A DNA stretch of 20,000 nt from Coniocarpon cinnabarinum. Its lineage: Eukaryota. Made by a program: the position numbers and the translations under genes. The notes under the pieces are model-generated. The model saw only the letters and a program-made list of their open reading frames with translations, was not told where the DNA came from and ran no database searches. Location: NCBI GenBank assembly GCA_051942205.1, contig JAVECO010000132.1, positions 45,570 through 65,569 on the forward strand. The letters are read 5' to 3'. Shown one piece after another: positions 1 through 7,536 of the stretch (its first letter is position 1; the number at the start of each line of letters is the position of its first letter).

Positions 1-1727
1 GCTACGTGCGCCTCGCTCCAATTCCACTTGGTCTCTCCAAGCTCAGTGCGTGCCACTCGGAACGCGTCGCGAGTCGCTCGGTCGCCTGCTAAATCATACG
101 GTGTCTTACTTTCCAGATTTATTGCGGTAGGGTCAGCGCCCCCTTTTAATAATAATGCCGTAACCAAGGTCCCCGAGTTGTTGCTGGCAGCTAGATGCAG
201 CGGTGTGGGTGCATGATAGTGGGCTGAATGGTCCGGTGGATAGAATCGATAAGATGGGTCGAGACGATTGCCGTTCAAGTATGACAGTAGGGCTGGTGCT
301 TTGTTGCGTCGAACCAAAGACGTGAGCTGTGTGGTGTGCAGTACAGCTTCTTGTTCTTTGGCGTTTCTGGCAGCACGAACAGCTTCCTCTTCTTTCTTGC
401 GCGCAATTCTGGCATCTTCTTCCTCTTTGCGCAGCCTCGCCTTTTCCCGAGCTTCTTCAGCAGCCTTTCGCTCTGCTTTTTCGTCCACGACCCTAATCTT
501 GGCACGAGTCAGCTCCACAAAGCAGCGCATGAGCTCTGCTTCTGTAGCACGTCGGGTGCTGAACGGGAAGCCACGCAGTCGCGTATCGTTCACGCGCAGC
601 GGCCATCTCGGATCTTCCTTTGCGGGTCCGAACAATGTATTCCTGTTCGTACTGCCGGTAGCTCTAAGAAAGAGGAGGTCGGATGTATCGATCATGTCTC
701 TCCACTCGCGCAATAACGATTGCACTTCACTGACGAGAGCCTCTTCATTATATCGGCGTAGAGACGACCCTGCGGAATGTGCATTGCCCTTGGCATTATC
801 GTTGGCAGATTGGGCGCCACCCTGTTTTCTTCTGGTGGTATACCTGTGAAACGTCTTGTGCGCCAGGACTGTCGCTTGTCGCGCATCGGCACTGTTGTGA
901 TTTTTCGTCACTTTGGGCGCAAGAGAAATGACCATGGCTGCAAAATGGCCGCCGCCGATCATGCACAGAAAAATGTGTGGCACGGCGGTGGGTGGGGGTG
1001 CTTCGACGGGCAACGCAACCCCACCATCAGGAGGATTTGGTGGCGGTTCGGATGCTCCGGAGACCTTCTGTGGCGGGCACTGTTTTTGCTGTAGAGCAGG
1101 AACAAGGCTCTCGTCTGAAGCTTGTTCGGCTTGGGTAAAGAGGGTGCGGTAGACACCGAGTGTCGTATCTTTAGGGAGATTTTGCGATCTGAACCACAGT
1201 AAGGGCGGTTTGCCAGACCCACGTTTTCGCTTCTTTTCAAACACATCTTCTGCAGCCTCCTCATCAAGACGAGCCTGCCGCTTCAATAAGCTGCTGATTT
1301 TGGATGTGCCGTCTTGTGCACTACCTGCTTCCCCCTCCTCATCTTCAGACGAGGACGAGTCTGAGCCAGATATGCTCTCATCCAGGTCCCCAATCAATTT
1401 GTCGAACTCTACTTCTGACACAGGCCTCAGCCCCCGCTGTCGCTGCTTGATGTTATAGCGATGCACATCGCTGCGAACGTGTGCGCGTTGTTCTTGAACG
1501 TTGCTGAAAGCTTGGTTACACAGACCGCACGACGTAGCATTGGTCACGTCGTTATCTGAAAGTTCTTGTGTGGCATTGTTGCCCTTGACATACTCTCCGT
1601 CCTGGTCTGGCTCAAGGAGCGGTGGGGCACTAGCAATTGCGGGCTCAAAGGTCTGGAGGAGCTCCGGGGGCAGATCGAAGACATAAAGCGGGCGCTTGAG
1701 CAGAGAGTCATTAGTCGCAGCCGCCAT
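1..1727 (-). CDS. VMS1: Vms1/ANKZF1 orthologue: VLRF1-domain peptidyl-tRNA release / tRNA-cleaving factor of ribosome quality control, with C2H2 finger and ankyrin repeats; 3' end lies outside the window
   Basis: Manual minus-strand translation from ATG at 1727 is open to the window edge (575 codons, no intron): MAAATNDSLLKRPLYVFDLPPELL... It contains C2H2 CGLC-x12-H-x5-H (~1463-1531), HIFLCMIGGGHFAAMVISL, HKTFHRYTTRRKQGGAQSANDNAKGNAHSAGSSLRRYNE, LRGFPFSTRRAT, a charged coiled coil and ankyrin PTPLHLAA...GADPT...KTPYDLAG. It is missing from the ORF track, presumably because the stop codon is off-window. Confidence 0.95.
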   Translation of the reverse strand, partial: MAAATNDSLLKRPLYVFDLPPELLQTFEPAIASAPPLLEPDQDGEYVKGNNATQELSDNDVTNATSCGLCNQAFSNVQEQRAHVRSDVHRYNIKQRQRGLRPVSEVEFDKLIGDLDESISGSDSSSSEDEEGEAGSAQDGTSKISSLLKRQARLDEEAAEDVFEKKRKRGSGKPPLLWFRSQNLPKDTTLGVYRTLFTQAEQASDESLVPALQQKQCPPQKVSGASEPPPNPPDGGVALPVEAPPPTAVPHIFLCMIGGGHFAAMVISLAPKVTKNHNSADARQATVLAHKTFHRYTTRRKQGGAQSANDNAKGNAHSAGSSLRRYNEEALVSEVQSLLREWRDMIDTSDLLFLRATGSTNRNTLFGPAKEDPRWPLRVNDTRLRGFPFSTRRATEAELMRCFVELTRAKIRVVDEKAERKAAEEAREKARLRKEEEDARIARKKEEEAVRAARNAKEQEAVLHTTQLTSLVRRNKAPALLSYLNGNRLDPSYRFYPPDHSAHYHAPTPLHLAASNNSGTLVTALLLKGGADPTAINLESKTPYDLAGDRATRDAFRVARTELGETKWNWSEAHV

Positions 1728-2120
1728 TGCAATCCGGGGTTGTCGGGACAGAGGGAAGATTTAAATCATGGTCTTAGGCAAGTCCGCAAAAAGAAGCGAG
1801 ACGAGTCAGAGATGGAGGTGACGTTGATGCCACGAATCGTGGAGGCGACCCACGCGAATCGATGGAGGAAACGGGCGCCTCTGTATGGTCAGAAAGCAAT
1901 CTAGGTGCTAACACAGCACGGACAGCACTTTGCAGCTGCCCACTACCCCCGGGAAGGAGTTGGTCGCTAATGCGCCAACGGCCCATGGATCTAAAGGTGT
2001 CGCCCGACTTCACAATGTTGGGTATGTCCCGCTGCCCTCCTTCTCTCTCTTTCTCTCTCGCGCTTCTCTGCGACACGTCTCCAGCAAGGGCTTGCTCATG
2101 CATCCCCATAACCACCGACC

Positions 2121-3709
2121 ATGGCAGATATGCATTCTGACGCACCCCTAAACGTCGATCCTTCCAGCAACAGCGACAGCGACCATGATGGCGGTCATGT
2201 GGCACGTGACGCAGCCGGCGTCGAGGCCGACGAGACAAACGTCAACAGCACATCCGACCAGCATCTAACTCAGGGAGAGGCCACTTCGCCCTCCGACGAG
2301 AACCATCTCACTGCAGTGGACACCGTCAAGTCCGCGGCCAACGCTGCGAAGCGCAGGCTTCACCTTGACAGCATCAGGGCGACGGGACCTAGTAAACGCT
2401 TCAATCCGACCAATGTTCGCGTGCATGTCAAATGGAAAGACGAACTTGACAGCGACCTTGAGCCTTTGACAGAAACAAAAACTCGAGCCACCGAGACCTA
2501 CCACTGGCGCTCTCGCGACAACCGCAAAGGTAGGAATTCGGTTGTGGTCGCGCCGAGATCTCGCCCGTCAGCTGTCAAAACTCGAAAGCAGCGCGTTGTT
2601 GCGGAGTTGAAGCAAATCAGGCATGTCCTCTGGCGCATGTGTACAGTCTTCGCCTACTGGGACACGGCTTGGTGGAGCGGCTGGACCTACAGTGTTGGAT
2701 CTGTCTTGTTCATAATGGATGGCTCGTGGCAGACGAAGTCAGCGCTGGGACAAGACGTCCCTGAAAACCTAACCAAGTATGGCGCTTCTCTGAGTTTCTT
2801 CTTTGGTGCGTTGTTGTACCAACTAGGTGCAGTGATGGCGTACCTAGAAGCGGTCAATGACGGTTCGTTCCAAGGCTCGGCAATGCAACGCTTTTTGGAA
2901 GGGCACGAAGATGACTCCAAGAAGCTGGTCGATGAGAAAATACATGCATTTTTCGGACATTTCTCGCCGCATTTGCATCTCCATCATCACAACAACGAGA
3001 AAAAGGCCATTGAAGACGCTGCGAGTTCGGTGGATCCCGAGCTTGGCTGGAAGACAAAGGACAGACGCGAGCGGCCAGGTTCCATTTATCCCGCAGGGAA
3101 AGCGCCGGCACCGCGTAGGGGTGGTGTTGATCATGGCGAAGTCGATGAAGGCACGTCAAAAGTCTACATGACTTGGAGATGGTATCCGACTTGGCATGCG
3201 CTCAGGACGCATCACGCCTACGAAATCGGATACATCGCCTGCGCCATCCAGCTGTTTGGTGCAACGCTCTACGGCATGCTTGGCGTCGTCGTCCTGCCAG
3301 GTATTTTTGACGGCCTTAAAAACTGGCAGGCAGAGGGGGCGTTCTGGGTGCCGGACATTGTTGGATCAGTCTGCTTCATCACGGCCAGCATCATGTTCAT
3401 GCTGGAACCGCAAGAGAAGTGGTATCGGCCGGCGTTTGACTCCATTGGATGGTGGGTTGGCGCTTGGGCTTTGGTAGGATCGATTGGCTTCATGTGAGTT
3501 CTCGTGTCCCCTCAGATGATAGCAAATCCGGAATTCTGACAATCAACAGTCTTAGTGGGATCTTTGGAGCCATCGAATACGACTACGAGTGGGGCGACCT
3601 TCAGGCGGAGATTGCGACCATTTGGGGCTCCGTAGGATATCTCATTAGCAGTCTCCTACAGTGGTACGAGGCAATGAACAAACGGCCAGTTCCGGAATTC
3701 TTGCACTAG
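2121..3709 (+). CDS. Uncharacterised fungal integral membrane protein (~510 aa, ~6 TM; possibly YrhK-like hairpins). Exons 2121-3493, 3550-3709
   Basis: The 458-aa ORF is joined to the 3449-3709 frame by intron 3494-3549 (GTGAGT...CTGAC...AACAG, 56 nt). The join reads ...VGSIGFILSGIFG...SLLQWYEAMNKRP. Other features are six hydrophobic segments, a WRSRDNRKGR motif before TM1 and an acidic disordered N-terminus. Confidence 0.85.
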
Positions 3710-3911
3710 CTAGGAGGCGGGCATTGTTATTTGGTGCATTCAATTCACGTATTTCAAATGACATCTTGCGTCGCACACGCCGTGCGTGGTAAATATGCAA
3801 GACGGTCTGTCCTGATTTTCAATCATAGCAACGTCCAGACAATGTTCGGTCCATTGAAGGCATTGCGTCACCCCTTGGCATCTCCAAAGCCCGCGCTAGA
3901 ACCCACGAAGA

Positions 3912-4289
3912 ACATTCCTTGCGGGGGAATGTGGACCGCGTGTGGAGTAGCTCACCCCAAAAGGAGCGAACTCTCCAAAGCGCACCTCAGCGTCGCCGGC
4001 AACTACGGCGGCAAACCCAGCTGTCAATCGAACTGTACGTACCCTCCACAGGATTCGCCCAGACGCACAATGGCCCACTCAGAGCCTGCGCTGCTTTTTC
4101 CGAAGGTTTATCATTGCCAGGATCAGAGGCACCTTATGGCGACATGGATGTGCTGCTCGTGGTAACAAACAGCCGATGGTATTCTGTGTGGTGTGAGGGT
4201 TGAGATGTAACTCAATACTATGCATTTACTTTGCCTTGCTTTCTTTTCTTCCCTCTCTGCGTCTATGTGATTGTAGTAAGCCCCTCCGC
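3912..4289. promoter_or_regulatory. Candidate CreA/Mig1 (SYGGRG) sites and an inverted CATTCC pair upstream of the sugar permease
   Basis: SYGGRG matches: GCGGGG 3921-3926, GTGGAG 3942-3947, CTCCAC 4044-4049, CTCCGC 4284-4289. Inverted pair ACATTCC-N7-GGAATGT at 3912-3932. These short motifs occur only modestly above chance. Confidence 0.3.
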
Positions 4290-4312
4290 AACTCACGACG
4301 AGGTCTACCATC

Positions 4313-6127
4313 ATGGTCAAACTCCGCACGTTCAAAGGCCGCGAGGCGACCGAGCGCAACGCCTCCATCACCTCGACCGCGCCTGCGACAGACGAGGAAA
4401 TCAAGCAAAACGAGCATGCGCGCAAAGTTGACACTAAAGCCCTCACTGGCGCATCGCATCTCACCATCAAGCAATCGCTGGTGCCACTGACGCTGGTTAC
4501 CATTCTGTTCTTCCTCTGGGGCTTTGCGTACGGTTTGTTGGACACGCTGAACGCCAAGTTCCAGGATGCATTGGGCATTGGGTTCGCGCAGTCGGCGGGC
4601 TTGCAAGCAGCGTACTTTGGAGCGTACGCTGTCGCACCTTTGACTTTCGCGGGGTGGATTGTCCGGCACGTTGGATACAGATGGTGCTTCATCACAGGTT
4701 CGTGTCAATTTGTGGCTCACGAGAAGGTAAATTGGTGATCGCTTATTCGACGATACAGGGCTCATTCTCTATGGTATTGGGAGTCTCATGTTCTGGTGGG
4801 TTTGCTATTTCCTCAGAAAACATTCTGAGAAAGCTTTGTGTTGACGTTCAGCTCCTAGGCCTTCGGCAGTCAAAATGTCCTTTGGCGGCTTCTGTGGAAG
4901 CATGTTCATCGTCGGGTCTGGGCTCTCTAGCCTGGAAACCAGCGCAAACCCCTACATAGCCGTCTGCGGACCACCGAGGCTCAGTGAGTTCCGTCTGGAA
5001 ATGTCACAGAGTGTACAGGCCATTGGCACAGTTGTTGCGCCGTTGCTTGCGTCCAAGGTCTTCTTCAACAAGGTCGACTTGAACACAGCAGGTGGGAACA
5101 GCGATTTGAGCAACGTTCAATGGACGTATCTCGGAATTGCATGCTTCGTATTTCTACTAGCAGTGGTGTTCTTCTTTGCTCCTATACCTGAGGTGGTGAG
5201 TAAGATCCATGGAAGGTCTGCCCTCGCCCCAATAGATGCTGACATATGCAGACTGATGCAGACATGGCTTTGCAAGCCGACCAAACCCATGAATTGACAG
5301 ACCATGTTCAGCAGCCACTCCACAAGCAATACAAGCTCTTCTTCGGTGTCTTAGCTCAATTCTGCTATGTCGGTGGACAAGTGGCGCTTGCATCCATTTT
5401 CATCAAATACGCACAGGAATCCGCAAAACTCTCACTAGCCACCTCATCGAATCGCTATGCTCTCGGTCAAGGTGTGTTTGCTATTGGTCGTTTTGCAGCA
5501 GCTGGAGGAATGCTGTACATAAAACCGAGAATCATGTAAGTCAACTTAGGCGTCCTGCCTCCGAAACCCAGATGCTGACATAATTCGAGTTTGTGGGTAT
5601 TTTCAACAGGGGTCATCATCTTCACCTGTTGCGCAATCGGTGTCTGGGGCGAGGGTGGTGTAGGTTTGGCCACCATGATCCTATTCTTCGAAAGTACGTC
5701 ACTCGCACAATTAGTAGAAATCATCCGTCGCATTTTGCTAAAGGGTTCTTCAGGTTGTATGTTTCCGACTATCCTCACCCTCTCAATTCGAGGCCTTGGT
5801 AAGCATACGAAACGAGGTGGAAGCTTTGTGGTCGCAGCAACCTCGGGAGGAGCCTTCTTTCCGGCCCTCACTGGATTGGCTGCCGATAGATGGAATGTCC
5901 ATGTTTCTCTATGGGTGCCTTTGATAGGGTTCATAATCTCTTTTGCTTTCGCTGCCGCAGTCAACACCAAGAAAAGCTGGGTGCGTCAACTGGATGGCTT
6001 CAGGAAGAGCAAGATTGGTTACAAGGAGGATGGAACTGAAGTCAGCGAAGGTACAGACGGCAGCGGCGCAGATTCCGGAAGCGAAGAAGAGAAGAAAGGC
6101 GGTGCTGTCAAGCATGTCGAAGTTTAG
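4313..6127 (+). CDS. MFS sugar:H+ symporter, FucP/FHS (L-fucose / glucose-galactose permease) family, 506 aa. Exons 4313-4697, 4759-4795, 4859-5195, 5252-5535, 5590-5693, 5754-6127
   Basis: Family motifs: LVTILFFLWGFAYGLLDTLN, LQAAYFGAY, GLILYGIGSLMFWPSA, GSGLSSLETSANPYI, AQFCYVGGQV, FFESCMFPTI, SGGAFFP. Introns are 4698-4758, 4796-4858, 5196-5251, 5536-5589 and 5694-5753. The spliced length of 1521 nt is in frame. Confidence 0.92.
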
Positions 6128-6269
6128 AATGAATACAGTTCATGCGCGCCGCTTGTTGAGCGGTCTGTAATGTATACAAATCGTGTGGATATCCGCACAA
6201 TTTCTTTTCTTTTGCTGTCCGAAACGCCGTCGCTGTTGGCTGACAATAGACGAGACTTCGTGCAAAGGC

Positions 6270-7207
6270 TCATCCGAATTTGGCCTTGCGTCTTTCTGCA
6301 GCTTGGGTTGCAAATGTTAGCTTCATATTTTGTATTTGCTGGATTTTTTTGCATGCCGAATTCACCTGTGCCGACCCAAGCCTTCAGACATGGAAACTCT
6401 ATTCATGGACGGAGACAAATGTACGAAATCCACTTACCAGCTTTGTCGGTATCCGTCATCCAGGACGGCGTACCACCTTGGCCAGACTTGTCATTTCTGC
6501 CCCTGGGTGCAGGCGCTCTACCTCCTCGACCACGACCTGTATTGGCGTTTGTTAGCATGCATAGTGGACAAATTCACTCGTCTCGTTGAGCAAGTACCTC
6601 GGCCACGTTGACGTTTTAATCCAGGATCTTCGAAGCCGCGGTCCGGGTTTGTGTCCGCACGTCCACGCTTCGCACCCTTCTTGGCACGTTCAGGGAGCGC
6701 CTCATCGAGCCTGTTAACGCCTTCTGTTTCTGTGACTGTAGGACCTGTGCCGAATCGCTTTTGTCGTTCCAGGTTACGTATAGCATCGGAATCTTCCTCG
6801 GTCATCCCGAATTTCTCCGCACGCTTCTTCCTTCGCGTGATTTCTTCGTCAAGAGAGGTTGTTGCGAGGTTTGCGCTGAACTGGGCCGCTTCCTTCGTCT
6901 CGTCCCCGTCGACCTTGTCTTCACTTGTCTCAGCCTGGTCAGGTGGAGGATTCGAAGGAGATGCATTCGCAGCTGAGGTCGCTTGTCTGTCATCCGCTGA
7001 CGAGGGTGACTGCACAGGAGCCGCTGATGTTGACTGATCTGTGGAAGGATTTCCTAGGGATTTGCTGTCAGACGGTGCAGCTGTGCCTGCTTTGTCTGCT
7101 TCTTGAAGTCGTGCGACCATTTCAGCTTTGCGACCATTATGGGGCAGGCCGCGCTCCTTGAGCAGAGCCTCCAAGTCAGAGTTCTTCATCTTAGCGTAGT
7201 CACCCAT
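6270..7207 (-). CDS. THO1: SAP-domain mRNP/export protein, Tho1/SARNP/Mlo1-like (~246 aa). Exons 7207-6598, 6536-6438, 6301-6270
   Basis: N-terminal SAP domain (YAKMKNSDLEALLKERGLPHNGRKAEMVARLQEAD). Tho1-type repeats RRKKRAEKFG and LERQKRFG, then LDEALPER. Introns 6597-6537 (GTACTT...GCTAAC...TACAG) and 6437-6302 (GTAAGT...GCTAAC...AAG) add an RG/RGG segment and a terminal DKAAAERRKAKFG*. The first ATG is at 7207; the ORF track starts at a TTG. Confidence 0.88.
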
Positions 7208-7536
7208 CTTGAGGCTCAAAGGAATGCCAATACTGTTCTTGACGTTTCAGTGTTGGTGGCAGAACCGGTGTGCACAACTCAGAAGACACCGACGCGCCGC
7301 ATAGAAGTCGCGTTCAGGCAGGGTGCGACGAATAGCAATTGTGGCTCGTTAAGATCGATGACCTCTTCGGTGGGGGCTCAAAGACAACCTTGAACATGAG
7401 GTCTGCTGGACACTTAAGACTTCTCGCACATTCGCTTCTATATTTGCTCAAACTACATCCCCAACAATCTGTGCCATAGACTGACATCATTATAATATGA
7501 TACATATCGATTTGCTCGCCCACGCGTTGCCTCAGG

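Noticed and set aside
28..1904. Plus-strand and alternative-frame ORFs (e.g. 268-849, 777-1094, 1566-1904)
   Set aside because: They are antisense or off-frame shadows of VMS1 and carry no recognisable motifs.
3731..4203. ORFs of 144, 94 and 60 aa between the membrane protein and the permease
   Set aside because: They have no domain-like content, the two longer ones have non-ATG starts, and they lie in the expected 3' UTR/promoter space.
6302..6437. Intronic box C/D snoRNA in the long THO1 intron
   Set aside because: A CTGA is present, but there is no RTGATGA box C at a suitable position.
6518..6597. Tho1 C-terminus as given by the ORF track (TCSTRRVNL...WSRR)
   Set aside because: It reads through an intron with a GCTAAC branch and TACAG acceptor. 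The spliced form yields the expected RGG and KFG motifs.
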